From a virus (lineage: Duplodnaviria; Caudoviricetes): a DNA stretch of 64,000 nt. Of the stretch, positions 22,626 to 37,299 are shown piece after piece. The stretch lies in IMG/VR virus record IMGVR_UViG_3300028797_000104, positions 1-64,000 of that record; one strand, given 5' to 3'. Positions within the stretch are counted from its first letter, which is position 1. Every line of letters starts with the position of its first letter. The notes under the pieces are model-generated. The model saw only the letters and a list, made by a program, of their open reading frames with translations. It was not told the DNA's origin and did not search any database. The position numbers and the translations under genes were made by a program.

Positions 22626-22830
22626 TGGTTAGAAGTACGCAGAGTTCCGGTATAAAGAAATTGTAAAAGAAAGATATATGATTTCAAAGCATACTAATAC
22701 TTCATATATAGATACTTTAAATATAACACCTACAGAAAGAACATATTTACTGCAATTTATTGTAGAGGATTTAACTAAGCAGAAAGAAATTCTTGATGCA
22801 ATGAAAGCAAAAAGAAATAATAAAAAATAA
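22603..22830 (+). CDS. gp51-like extension, probably reached by frameshift
   Basis: SKHTNTSYIDTLNITPTERTYLL resembles gp51-type chaperones; no SD-led start; overlaps GAA TTT TTT CGA. Confidence 0.6.
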
Positions 22831-22844
22831 GGAGATGATAGTTA

Positions 22845-25800
22845 TTGGCATTATCTCTTAATTCAAATGTTACTGATGAAGTATTAGGAAGGCAATTTAA
22901 AGCATTTATTGAAAGTTTATTTTCTTATTCTCCACAGATAACTTCAACTTCTACTAATTCAAGATCTAATCTTAATGGTACAGTTATTGAAAATATGTTT
23001 GGTGAAATGACTGACCAGATAAAAATAGCAAGTGATGCTGCAATTAAAGAATTGGAAAAGGTTAGTAAGAAGTAGCTTGATAATATTAGAAAAAGAACTG
23101 TAGAAATTGAAAAATTAAGTTCAGATATTGATAAAGGTGTGTATGATTCTGATTAGATGGCAAAAACAAAAGCACGAAGAAGATTAGCTTCTTTAAAGGG
23201 TGCGTAGACAAAATCTTCAAAATTTGAAAAGGATTATGAATCTAAAAAAGAATCTATTGAAACTGAACGTTTAAAAAAATTAAAAGAATTAGAAGAACGT
23301 AAAGAAAAAGCGATTCTAGCTTATAAGGAAAATCAATGGAAAAAAGCAGATATTAATGAGAAGTTACGAATAATTGAAAAAAATAAATTTGAATTAGATT
23401 CTGAAATAGAAAAATTTGATCATATACGAGAATATCAAAGATCGTTGACGGCTGAGGAAGAAGCTGAATATCAAAAATTAATTGATGATAAAATTAAATA
23501 GGATTAGCGTTATGAAATAATCTAGAAAAATCTAGCTAAAAAAGAATCAAAGTCTACAAGATATTCTAGATATACTTCTGAAGTTGATAAAATAAAAGAG
23601 TAGCAAAGAATAGAATAGGAATTAAATAGAAAAGATAATGCAAATGATAAATCTGCATACAATAAAAGATAGCAAGAAATAAATCAACAGACAAAAGAAT
23701 CCATAAAGAAAGCATAGAATTTATTTGGTTTAACATCATCCGAAATAAGTGGATAGCAAGTTTCTAGTATTTTAAAAGGTCTTGGAAATATGGCATAGGG
23801 TGGAGTATCTGCAGAAGGTATTATGGGTATTGCATCCTCTGCGGGTGCGTCTAGTGCTGTATTATCGAAAATTGCAGGACCACTTGGAATTATAGTAACT
23901 GTTTTACAATCTATTTATAGTGGCATAAAATCCATTAATCAATTCATGGAAAATTCTATGTAGGAACCTATCAAAATGCAAACTGAATACATGGGAAACA
24001 TGAATGCTAGATTATAGCAAGATTCTACAGATAGATATAATTATTATAATAATATGATTAGATTTACCAATTCACAAGAAGAATTAGATACTCATCTCGG
24101 AGATTAGATGGGTCTTGCTATTGGTTAGTGGAATGCTTATGTAAATAAATAGGATTATATTACAAAATTAAATTAGTTAGTAGCACAAGGTATTGCAGAT
24201 AATGCTGAAGAGAGAGCATTAATTGCAACTTTATCTGATAGAATGGTTACAACATTTGATGTACTTGATTAGAATTTAACCAGATTAGTTCGTATTCAAT
24301 AGCGTGATGTAACATATTCTGCATTAGGTTCTGAAGCACTTTTAACTTAGTTTTTAAATAGAGAATTTAGTGATACTAGTTATTTAAATAGTATGTATGA
24401 TTCTGTATCAGGAATATTGCTAGATGCTGTAGCAAAAATGTCTGCAGATCAAGGATCAGCTTTTTAGTATGAAGTTCAAAAATGGTTAGGTTCTTTGTAT
24501 TCAGTTGGTTTATCCGAGCAAGGCGTTCAGTAGTTAGCACAAGGTTTAAATTATTTAGCAACCGGTGATGTAACTCAATTAACATCAAATCAATAGTTGC
24601 AATATATTTATGCCGCAGCAGCAGAACGTGGAGGAATGTCTCTTGCAGATATTTTAACTCAAGGGCTTGATTGGGAAACCACAAACGATTTACTATCTAA
24701 TGTGGTATCATTACTTCAAGATATTTATGATAATTCTTCGACTAATGCCGTTCAATCAGCTTGGGCTGGAATTACAGGAATGTCTATTGCCGATTTAAGA
24801 TCTTTTTAGAATATATCAAATGATTATTTAACTTCTATTAGTTCTGAACATTCCGACTGGGCAAGATCCTTAACGGAAACTGAAAATCAATTATCAAATG
24901 TACTTGATAGATCAAGAACTTCTTCTGTGGATTTAGCTAATAATCTTGTATCAAATATTCAATTTTATATTGGACAAAAGTTAATAGAAAAAAACATAAA
25001 CAGAGATATTTTAGGATTAGATGTAGATAATGAATCTTTAGCTCTTGAGTACATATTGCACGATTATGAAGAAAAGATAGTTGGGGATATTCCAGGTATT
25101 GGTAGAGCTTTAGGTGGAATAGTTTCATTTGCAAATACTATTGGAGAATTTCTTGATGGTGTCAGTGGAGTAACTCTTAAAGATATTACGACGGATATGC
25201 GGAGATCGTTTTAGTTTGGAAATCAAGGATCAGGATTTTTTAATAAATCTTCTAATTTATCTGGTTTATTTTCAGGTATTTCATCGGATTTAATTACTGC
25301 ATAGTCATCTAGATATACTGGAAGTACTAATTATGATTGGAATTCATTATTGTATCAAGAAGGAGCTCTCCCTGATATTAATACTTTATCTTATTTAACC
25401 CCATATATGGATTCATATACATAGAGCCTGTTTAAACAGGCACTGAATAATTAGAATCAAGGAACTGCATTGACTGGAATTTCTGATTTATCTTATTTGG
25501 CTCCATATCTTGATACATAGACGAGGTATCTTCTTGAAACTTCTCATAGTATTCAAGAAAATCAAGCATCAGTAACAGGTGATGTTTATAATGATTTTAT
25601 AAGTTCTGTAGAGTCATTATCAGCAACAACATCTGCTGATTTACCAGATTTAGTCTAGCAAGCAGAAAATGCTGTAAATTCAGCTCAAACGGTAGTAAAT
25701 GAATCGGCAGAGGATAGAGCATTACTCGAAGAAGCTACTGACGTTCAAGATTACTTATTTGAGAATGAACAGACAATCAGAGTTACTTTAGCATTGATAG

Positions 25801-25967
25801 AAGATACAGCTCAAAAAAGTTTAACTTCAGCTTTGAATATTGATAGTAGAACGGAGGATTTATCGGCAATTAGATCTACTATTCAAAATAAGGTTGATGT
25901 AGATTTAGTGGATGATGATGTGAATATATTATTAAATAGTATTGAACGAATGAAATGGAGTATGTAA
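22845..25967 (+). CDS. Tape measure protein
   Basis: About 1040 aa, helical/coiled-coil, open with TAG=Q; canonical position after the chaperones. Confidence 0.8.
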
Positions 25968-25968
25968 G

Positions 25969-27753
25969 ATGAGATAGCAATTTTATACAAAAACAATACA
26001 AAGTGATTTTATAAAATCTTTATTATATAATACTCCATTACCAATTTGTAATTGTGTATCCTTAGGAGATTATTTAATAAAAGGGCATTCATATATTTTT
26101 AATAGATAGATAATTAGGTGTACTGATAATGGTTATTTAAGACCGGATTTACAAAGATTGCAAATAAATGCAGGAGGAAATCTTGGATTATTCATTCTTG
26201 GTTATTCTACCTTAGGATTTGGAAATATCATAACTGAAAGAAGTTTTGGTGGATATATAGCAAAAGATAAATATTATCTTCTTGGACAATATGATTTAAG
26301 ATATGGACTTGAAGACGGAGATCCAGATTATAATTATTTCAGTACATAGCAAGATTATTCTATTGGAGACATTGTAATTCAAAAATATTAGGAAGAAGAT
26401 TGTTTATATATAGCAATAAATAATGTAACTCATGGTATATGGAATTCTGATGATTGGCAATTTATTCAAGCAGAAAAAGGACCTTATCAATTAATTTTCT
26501 GTACTCAATCAGGCAGAATAGGAGATAAACCCGCTGGAGCTACTTATAAATTTATTCAAGAATTTCAACCAGAAGTTTTTAAACTTGATGAAAATCAATA
26601 CTTATCCGGTAGAACATATTATATTATTCAAGAACCCGTAACCGGATCAATAACTACGACTCATAGTGATGGATCAAGAATTTATCAATATGTGCTAGTC
26701 TATAATGATTATCCAGGTTACCTTTCCGATAAAATAGCACGATACGATTATGTTGATTCGTATATTCCAGAAACATATTATAAAATAAATTCTGAAAAGT
26801 ATCTATCTCCATATGATTACTATGATAGCGATACTCATAAGCAATTAGGAAAATTATTAAGATTTTATAGAGCAGTCTATCAATTAGATTTAATGCCTTA
26901 TTATAATTGCTGGGATGGATCTTATCTTGGCGGATTTGTTATTAATCCATTATCGCAAGATATTTTAGTTGAAACAAATAACACTTCATCTTTTAAAATA
27001 CTAAAAATTCCTATAAAATTTAATAGAAAATATACTGTTGCACTAGATTGTAGCTCTGAAGTTAAAATGATGCCTGCATTAATTAAGTTAAATGATAAAT
27101 TGAAAGTAAAACTCGGTATTGGTAATAATGTTGATATGTGTAAAGCACTAATGAAAAATAACAATGTTACAATATATAATCAGTTGACGTTTAATAGACC
27201 AATAGTATTTGAAGTAGAAAATAAATCCGAGGATCCATTAACAACTATTGAAGGTTCAGTATCCGGAACAACTAGTGTTTCTCAATTTTTTTAGAGATAT
27301 GAAAATGACTTATATCTTTTAATTCAGGTTCCATCATTAAATGATTCTTCAGTTGTGATTCTTGAAGGAGATTATACATCAGTTAAAACTAATAATATTT
27401 TTGATGTTTAGTATATGAATAGTTTATCTTCAGAATAGCTTAATCATTATTTATTAAGTGAATTATCTTTATTGATGTTAAATGATAAAGTGAGTTATCC
27501 TTTTGCGGATAGATTGATAGAATATCTATTGGAAAATGTTATTAATAATAGAGATGAGATTGGAGAAGATATAGTACGAATAAGATAGAAATTAAATGGT
27601 AATGTAGTTTACGATCCAAATATTACAGCATGGGATGAATATCTAAGAAAAACATTATATGATTTATATATGTCTTCTACTTTTACAACAAAAATGGATA
27701 TCTCAGGATTTGTTGATAAAGATGTAGAAAAATTTATAAATTTAATAACCTAA
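25969..27753 (+). CDS. Putative tail/baseplate structural protein
   Basis: One frame with TAG=Q; contains a CBM-like insert (DYSIGDIV...WNSDDW). Confidence 0.65.
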
Positions 27754-27770
27754 AAAAGGAGGAATAAATT

Positions 27771-28664
27771 ATGTCTACTTTTCAAGGTTATACCGTGCAT
27801 GATAATTGTTATTATAAAGTTTAGCCTGATGGAAATGCTCCTCCAAATTTAAGTGCAGGAGATTTAGTCGTTACTGGAACTGGAACATATCTTATAACAA
27901 GAGTAACATTAAATGCAGCACAGCAATCTCAATATACTGCAATCATGTATGATAGAAATATAACTACTCATAATTTTACAGGAGTATATTTAAATCCTCC
28001 TACATATAGTCAAGATGTTTTAGAAAGATCATATTAGCAATCTACCGCTTCAGGATCTTCAATAGTAGGAAATGGTTTGAATTCTGGATTAAAATCTTTT
28101 GATATGCCGGATAATTATATTTATTTTTATCATTTAGATTAGTTTATTATGCTTCCGTTATATGCGGATTCTGTTCAAGATTCTATGTCTGTATCCTTTG
28201 AACAATCTACTCCGTTATCGAGATCTGCACCAATTTATTCATATAGAAGTTCAGGTCCTAGAACAGTTTAGGTTGGATTTGATTTACATAGAGATCTGAT
28301 GACAGATATAAATTATGGTAAAAGTAATGTTCCAGTAGGAAGTCCTCCATTAAATGATGATTATGTTGATATTTTAATTAAGTATTTACAAGCAGCTGTA
28401 TTACCAGTTTATCAAGCAACAAATAAGATGGTTAATCCACCTATAGTAGCAATGAGATTAGGTAGAGATATTTTTATAAAAGGTATTATAAATGGATCAG
28501 TTGGTTTAACTTATAAATTTCCAATTTTAAGAAATGGAAAATATGCATTAGTTAGTTTAAATTTTGGTATTGAAGAGGTCGAACCATACGATGCTTGGGA
28601 TGCGGTTAATCAAGGAAGTTATAGAGGATTAGATACTACACTAGAAGCAAGATTACCAGTTTAA
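27771..28664 (+). CDS. Tail tube initiator / baseplate protein
   Basis: LSRSAPIYSYRSSGPRTVQVGF and PPIVAMRLG..IKGII pattern; position. Confidence 0.65.
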
Positions 28665-28678
28665 AGGATGTGAAATAA

Positions 28679-28996
28679 ATGAATGTTTTAATAAATGAAA
28701 AATATTTAAAATATGATAAGTTATCAAGATATTCCGAGTTTCCGTATTATTATAATACTTTAGATGATAAATATATTTGTGGAACAACAGCATATCTTGA
28801 TGATTCAACAAATTATATTTTACATCAAGTTAAAGATGGAGAAACTTACGATAAATTATCATTGGACGCATACGGAAATCCAACTTATTATTGGGTAATT
28901 TGCAGTTATAATCATATTTAGAATCCATTTTAGGAACCTATAGTAGGTTCTTATATAAAACTTCCAGTCATTTCAGATATAATGTTTGAGGGATGA
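28679..28996 (+). CDS. LysM-type baseplate wedge protein (gp53-like)
   Basis: HQVKDGETYDKLSLDAYGNPTYYWVICSYNHIQNPF. Confidence 0.85.
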
Positions 28997-29000
28997 TATT

Positions 29001-31631
29001 ATGCCAAATCCAAATTTAATTGATGATAAGAATAGTAGTGGATTAATTGTTGATTATCATCCAAGATTAGAAGCTCCAAAAACTGGTAATAAATATTATA
29101 TTTTAAAAGCAGATGGTGGTTGGTCTGGTAATATTAAACCAAAAAATTCAATCTCTGGTTTATCGGCGCTGCCAAATTGTGTTGGTTATGTTAATGGTAG
29201 ATTTAATGAAATTGGTGGATATAATGAATGTAGATATCCATTTATTAATAATCCTGGAACTTGTATTCTTGATGCTTAGAGTCAAGGTTTAAAAATTGGC
29301 ATGGAACCGAAGCTTGGAGCAGTTATGGTTTGGACTAATTCAAATAGCACTAGTTTATCAGGATTATCAGGTCATGTAGCGATTGTTGAAAAAGTCATTT
29401 CCGATACCGAAGTTATCACATCAGAATCCGCTTATGGTGGTACTTACTTCTATTCTATGGATAGACATAAGGGATCTGATGGTAATTGGGAACGTCATGG
29501 TTATTTTAGATGTTTTATATATAATCCTGCAGTTGCTGGTTATGCTTCAATTTCATCGCAGATTGTTGATGAAGGCGGAGCAGTTACATAGAAAGAAGCA
29601 GAAAATATAAGTTATGAATCTAGTGCCTTATATAAAGCAGATTCTTCATTTATAACGGAATTAAGAAGATCAGAAGTTACAAGAGATTCTATAATTCAAG
29701 TAGATAGAGAATATAATGAGATTAGTTCATAGTCAAATAATTTATTAAGTTATCCTTCATTAGTAGAAGCTCCTTATATTTTAGTTAAAATTGGTGATTT
29801 TGTTTTTGGACAATATTCCGAAAAACGAAGTGCAGGAAAACTCTATAAGACATATCCAAATTTTATAACGGCATTAGATGTAATGAAAATAAATGGTTAG
29901 GTCAATGTATATACTATCAAGATGTTATATCAAGTTTAGTATATGGACGATCCTAATTTTGTTGATAAAATATTAAGTTCTGTTGGTTATGGTAAGATAA
30001 AAATAAGTTATGGAGATTTTGCATCTCCATCGTTTATATATAAAGAAGAAGAAGCTATTATAACTAAAGTTAATACTAATGTAGATTTTAGTAGTTCAAA
30101 AATCGAATATACCATTTCTTGTACTAGTTCAGCTTTAAGTGCTCAAGGCACTAATTTCTCATTTGAGAGATAGCCTAAAGCAAAACCAAGTGATATTATT
30201 TATAGAATATTGCAGCAAGATGAAAAGTATCATTTAAGTTCTGTATTTCCTGGATTAACAGGAGATAATTTAAAAAAGAATTTTAGAAAATTTATAGCTT
30301 CTGATGATTTAGCAGTAGAAATTCCAGCATAGCAATATATGGATCCTTTATCATATATAAATTATTTAGTATCTTGTATGATACCGCAGGATGATACAGT
30401 TAGTGCTGCAACAAGAAGTGCAACATATTATATGACTATTCATGATGATAGTTATGCAGATTATTCGAATGTAGGTGGAACATATTTTAAGGTAACTAAA
30501 ATAGTTTCAACTTATAAAACATTACCTACATTTAATACATATTCTGTTGATGTTGGATATCCAGGCGGAGATCATCCTGGAGAAAATTTAGTTATGAATT
30601 TTTCATTGAAGGATGATAATTCTTGGGCATTATTATATGATTATTCTCAGTCCGATATTGGAGGGTCCCAAGCTAATTATACATATTCAATAAATAATCA
30701 AGGACAAGCAGTAAGAAGTTATTCTCCAAATATAACATAGAATGCTAAATATGGTAAAACAACGCCTGCAATGAAATCATGGTGGACAAGAATGACAGAA
30801 TTTCCAATTAGTGCAACTTTGACTATTAAAGGTTTAGTCAGAGCAGCTATGCTAATGACTTATTTACGAGTCAATACGTATTTCTATGGTAAAAAACATG
30901 TGTCAAGTGGATTATATGTTATTACAAAATAGGAAGATAGAATAGATGGGTCAGGATATAGAACAACATTATCATTAACTAGAATTGCTGGCGAAAATGA
31001 ATATATTGAAAGAAAGAAATATACTTAGGTAAGTGAAGTGGTTACTGGGATAAAGAAAATTGAAGCTCCTACGACGATTGAACCGGTAGCTGATGAAGTC
31101 ATGGCACATTGGGGTCCTGCTATTCATAATGATAATGAAATTGTTGGTTACGAAAACGATAGATATATAGTTCCTGCAGGAATGAGATTATATGTTTTAA
31201 CTGAAAAAACAGCAGGAGTTAATGATGTACCTCCTATCTATACTGATCCTAATGATTAGGTATTTATTGATTTTATGGATGGATTATATACGGGTACAGA
31301 TTTAAATAAATTTGTAGTTCGTCCTTTATTAAAAGGTGAATTAGATTAGGAAATTTATGAAGAACAATTTTCGTATCCATTTACAGAATATCAAATTATT
31401 GCACATCCTGTTACTGTTGGTGGCACAAAAGTTTTTGATCCTGAAGGAAATCTAGTATCAATAGCAGCAGCTAATTAGTATGGAATGGTATAGTTTGAAA
31501 TAAATGGGCAAGTATTTTTTCATCCAATTACATATGATGCATTAATTGATACTGAATTTGATGAGAATTGGAGAACCGGACAGCATCTCGAAAAAGTCAG
31601 TATTGAACCAGATAGATATCGTCCAGGATAA
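29001..31631 (+). CDS. Baseplate hub protein with an N-terminal CHAP peptidoglycan hydrolase
   Basis: PNCVGY...PKLGAVMVW...GHVAIVE..ITSES (CHAP), then a hub-like region (ATLTIKG...SGLYVITKQED..GYRTTLSL). Confidence 0.8.
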
Positions 31632-31644
31632 GAGGATTTAAAAT

Positions 31645-32028
31645 ATGTTAATGAAAGCTATAATAGAATCAAATAATATTGATAATCAATATAAAATTAG
31701 AATACCTAAGTATCATAAATTAAGGGGAGTTGCTGAAGCATCTTCTTATGATTAGTTACCTTTTGCTAGTGTTTGTTATCTTCCCGGTATTTTTCCTAAT
31801 TATGCTATTGGAGATATTGTTTATATAGATTTTGAAAATGATGATTTATCCTATCCAGTTATTCTTGGTAAATTATTAAGTGATAATAATATATCAGATG
31901 TATCTGTTTCTGATATAACATCAAGATCATTAAATGTTCAAGTTGATACAACATTATCAGAAAATACAAAAATTGGATAGGTAGAGTATGATGATCTTGA
32001 ACAATCCGTTTTATCTGTTATTATTTAA
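31645..32028 (+). CDS. Baseplate spike OB-fold protein (gp5/gpV N-terminal-like)
   Basis: KIRIP...YAIGDIVYIDFENDDLSYPVILG. Confidence 0.75.
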
Positions 32029-32040
32029 GAAGGTGATTGA

Positions 32041-32406
32041 ATGTAGTCTATTGCATTTCCAAATATATTGAATTATGTAAATACAAATATCTATAATGAT
32101 CATGAAGCCACGAAAAGTAATTTAAAATTAATTCTTCAGACTGAAATTCAATCATTATATGGAGATCCTGGATATGGTTGTGGTCTAAAGAAATTTTTAT
32201 ATGAATAGAATAATGTTATTGTAAGAGATTTAATTATAGATAAAATATATAACACTATTAAAATATATATTCCTCAATTAAAATGCGAAAGAAAAGATTT
32301 AGATTTAAAAAGAGATATGACCAATGTATATGTAGAATTAACTGCTACAAATCTCATTGATTATACAATAGATAATTATACAATTGCATTAATGAATTTT
32401 TAGTGA
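32041..32406 (+). CDS. Baseplate wedge protein (gp25-like)
   Basis: KSNLKLILQT...GDPGYGCGLKKFLYE; the second codon is TAG. Confidence 0.8.
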
Positions 32407-32435
32407 TATTGTATATAATATAAGAGGTGATTTAA

Positions 32436-35400
32436 TTGCAAGATATTGTATCTCCCTTACAATCAATTTCATATACTAAAAAAGATTTTTAGACAATATA
32501 TCCTGAATTATTAGATTTAGTAAAAGAATTAACAAATAAGTGGGATCCTTCTATTTCAAATGAATCTGATCCAGGCGTTATTCTTATTAAATTAAATGCA
32601 TTAATTGCAGATAAATGTAATTATAATATTGATAAAAATGTTTTAGAATGTTTTCCATTATCAGTAACACAGACTCATAATGCTAGACAATTATTTGAAT
32701 AGCTTGGTTATTATATGAAATGGTATAATTCTGCTACATCATTAGTATCATTAAAATGGATAGGAGAAGTTGCATCAAATGTAACATATCCTATACCTCC
32801 ATTTACAATGATAACTGATGAAGATAAAACAATAGTTTATACTATTACTGGTTATGTTCCAAGCACGGTAGACTCAGAATTTTCAATAAATCAAGTTGAT
32901 TTACCTTAGAATGGTAATACAATAAATGTTAAATGTATTTAGGGTATTGCCGTTAAATATGATATTAATGGTGATACTGTTATAACTCCACAGCATCTTG
33001 ATTCAGATAATAGAATTTATTTTAATGTTTCAAATATAGCTGAAAATGGGATATTTATTACTAATACTGGATCTGCTACTAATTATGGTCAATGGCAAAG
33101 AAAAGATAATTTATTAATTGAGGATTTTGGTAATTACTATTATAAATTTGGAATTACTGAAGATGGTACTGCATGTTATCTTGAGTTTCCTGAAGATTGT
33201 GAAACCATTATGAAAGATGGTATAGAAATTACATATATCAGATCTGATGGTGAATACGGTAATATCACAGCTAATTAGTTGACTAATTTTTATTCTGATT
33301 TATCAGTAGTTAATTCGATTGGAGATCAAGTAGTTTTAAATGCACAAAATGTTAGGATAAGAAATTATTTTTCATCAACAGATGGAAAAGATTATGAAGA
33401 TATAAACAGTGCATATAAAAATTATAAAAGAGTAGTTGGAACATTTAATACATTAGTTACATTACGAGATTATTTTAATTACATTGTTTCTCATAATCTA
33501 GCATCAAATGGTTTTGTATGTGATAGAAGTAATGATTTACAAAATGTTTATGATATAATGATGTATGCAAATGGAGTTAATTAGTCTAATTCAATTGTAG
33601 AAAAAACTCAAGGTGATGATCCAACATTAACTGCATTTTCCATTAAATTATATTTAACAAAGTATTATCAAGATGTTTCAACTCTAAATTCTTTTAATGG
33701 TACATTTTAGCCTATTGGAATGACAGAAGCAGAAACAATTCAAGAATATATTGAAGATATCAAATCATTACAACATGACTTTGTTCCATTAGATGCTCCA
33801 AATGATATTTTTTCTCATTTTTGTTTCTTTAAAAATAAGTATCCTGTGGTTTGCAATATAATTCCATAGTATTCAATTTCTGATGCTTAGAAAATGGAAA
33901 TTATTTCAAATATTAAAATTGCATTATATAAATATTTGAATGCTCAAGAAATAGAATTTGGAGAAAAAATTAAATCTGATTATTTATTCGAAATTATTAC
34001 AAAGGCAGATAATAGAATTAAAACTGTTATGTTAGACAATATTAATTATACAACATATGCAGTTTATTATGATAATAATACTAGATTATTCTATGAAGTT
34101 TAGGTTAGTGGAGATATTCCTGATAGTTGTGTAGTTGATTCAGTGAGTAGCACTTTAAAAAGTAAAATTAGTGTAAATCCTACTACTTTTATAAATAAAT
34201 TAGTTTCTACTTCAGCTTTTACTAGCTATGAACCTACTGAATTTCATTATGATTCTGGTTGGAAGATTGGAGAGAATTCTGTAACTTTATCGTAGTATGG
34301 TATAACTATTTCAAGTTATACCCCAGCAGATGAAGATACATTTACGGTTGGTTTATCAAAACAAACTCAGTTCAGAAATGAAATTCGTGCTAAATCAATG
34401 CTAGCAGGTATTACTCCATTACTTGTTCATGCTGAACAATTTGATTTTTAGATTAATCAATCATATAGAATAAAAGCTCCTGTTACAACAGATAATCCTC
34501 CAGTTTCTGTTGCAAATCCAATTATTGAAAATATTATTTCAGTTTTTCCAAAAACTGTAATTGAAATTGAAGCAGGATAGTCAATTTCATCTGGACAACC
34601 GTTTAATGGTAAAATTGGATAGTATAAATTAAGAGATAATGAAACTATTCAATTATTTTCACCTAATCTATTAATATAGCAAACATATAATAATTATGTA
34701 AAATTTGAATGTAAATTTAATGATTCTGAAGATTAGGATCATAATATAATATATAAAATTATTAATTCTAATAATATATATTAGTTATAGGCAAATGAAT
34801 ATATTGTGTTTTATTGGAAAGCGAGTTCATCAGACACAATTTATTCTTATGCAATGTACGGCGAAGGTAGTATTATAAAACCATCTTTTCCAATTAGAAC
34901 AAATACTTCAACAACTGTAGCAAATAGTTTAAAAACAAAACTGGATAATTTTACTACTTTACCAAAAGTAATGACTAGTAATTATTATGTTTTAAACTAT
35001 GAAGAATCTCAAGAAATTCAAAATTTGAGAACCACGGAAAATATATTATCAGATAATAAATAGGTAGAATATTACGTTTCAAATACCATTACAATTGATG
35101 TAGATATGCCATGTTATTGGATTTTAAATCAATAGAGTCAAGGTAATGAAACGTAGATTTATACATTATTTGATCAAGGTCAAACTCAAAGAATACTAGA
35201 TTCAGGAGAATATTTTATCTATTCTGATGTATAGATGGCAAATCTAATGATTTTGGGTGAAGGAACATTAATATAGAATACAAATCCTTCGAGTACTGAT
35301 TCTTGGACTGTTTAGGCTATTCCAATTACAGATATTACATTAAATGGTATAGATGCGTTGAATGGTTATTGGTATAGACCTCAAGCTGCTTTAGATATCA

Positions 35401-36500
35401 CGGAAGAGTAGTTTATCACAGTTAATTCAGGTTATTCCATTAAATTAGAATTAAAAGATGACTATGATTCAAGTCATCCGTGGTCTATCTAGATAACAAA
35501 TGATGGTACAACTTTTACTAATTGTACATCATACGCAGATTTTAATATATCTTATCAATTAGCTATTTCAGGAAGTGATTGGATATCAGTCCCTGATTTA
35601 AATCTTGATTCTAATCTAGGTTGGCAAGGTAAATCATTATTAGGATTAAATATTTCAAAATATGGGTTACAAGCATTATTGTCAAATCAATTTGTTTATG
35701 TTAAATAGTTGGATGAAACAGAAATTGTTATTGAAGGACAAGATGTAACTGATAATAGATATCCTGTAGTATTGTTAGCTGATCATGATGTGTATGCTAA
35801 TGGTCAGTTAGAATCTTCGACAATTTATTATAGTACTTATTTCGAAGAATCATATTTGAGTCTATATGTTTTTGCTCAAGAATTCTCATAGTCAAATAAA
35901 GTAGTTTATGGTAATTCAGTGTGTACGTTTACAATTCCTCAAGGTGCTAAAAATCCAGGAACATCTCCTTCAACACCAACTAGTAAGGTTTTATTACCTC
36001 CTGGATATTATGTGATTCCGGTTTTTGTCCCAAGTAAAGAAGGAATTTATGCAAAAATAAGTTTTTCTATAACTAGTTACGGAAGTTCAAAAACATATCT
36101 TTATCCAATCTATGATTCATCTTTAACGATTTTACCTGGTGGTAAATTATATCCTCTTGTATATCAGTTTGTAGATAATAGTAATAGATATAAAAATAGA
36201 ATAATAGGTATAGAATTAGTTGATGAAAATGGTGATCCAATCGCTGCTCCTGAGGATATGACTTTACAATTTTATAATCCTTTGAAATATATTCCAACAG
36301 CTGATTTAGCAAAAGATGTAGCGTTAGTTAGAATGTTTGATAGCGATGATATATTTGATTATACATATGAAGTAAGTGCAGATAAATTAATTTCTGATCC
36401 GCTTGAGGCAAAACAATTTTTAAATCCAAATCATATTTATAAAAAATATACGATTTGTTAGCTTGATACAAGCAGCAATACAAATATTCAGGTGAATTGA
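32436..36500 (+). CDS. Baseplate wedge protein (gp6/J-like) with a long C-terminal extension
   Basis: YTKKDFQTI..W...NESDPGVIL..., LVTLRDY; about 1350 aa open with TAG=Q. Confidence 0.82.
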
Positions 36501-36501
36501 T

Positions 36502-37299
36502 ATGAGTAAATTTAGATTAACAAAAAATGTACCTGATGTTTATGTAAATCAATCAAGAGATTTTTAGTTATTATTAAGATTATATGATTCGATTTTTAGT
36601 GGAGTTAAATTTGATATTGATTCATGTATAGGGATTATTTCCACGCATAAAGCTAGAAATTCTATTCTATCGTTATTGGCTACTAAATTAGGATTTTTTA
36701 CGGACTTAGAAATTACTGATAACAAATTAAGAACGGTTCTCGAAGGATTTCCAATTATTGTTCGTAATAAAGGATCATTATTAGCTATAAAACAAACAAT
36801 GAATCTATATTTAAAGACAGAACATATTAAGTGTAATATTATAATAACATTTAATAGCGATACTACAATGATTGGTGGAGTTACTGTTTTAGATCATACA
36901 GTTAGTATTGGTTCTGATAAGACTTTAAGAAATCCAGAAATTATAATGGAAATATTCAGATATATTTTACCTATTGGATTTAGGGTCAGGTTTTATTCAT
37001 TTAGATCATTAGAAACAGAAATGATTGAACTAGAGAATAATGATGACGTAGTTATATTATATAAGGTTTCTACTGTTCCATTTTCTTCTATTCGTCATAT
37101 GGATATTGAATATCCTGATAATGTAACTGATGGTGTTCATATTCCTTCAATTAATCCTGATCCTGATTATACTGATCCTACTGATCCCGATAATATCAAA
37201 GTTATTAATGCTCAAAATGAAATGCTTGGTTCTGTCGGTATTATGGAACTTACTAGTGCAAACGATATTTCTAATAGTGAATAGGAGGATGAAACTTAA
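36502..37299 (+). CDS. Baseplate wedge protein (gp7/P2 I-like)
   Basis: LLATKLGF...RNKGSLLAIK...YILPIG. Confidence 0.65.

Noticed and set aside
25370-25535. Short repeat in the tape measure protein (LSYLTPYMD / LSYLAPYLD)
   Set aside because: Internal repeats are ordinary for tape measure proteins.
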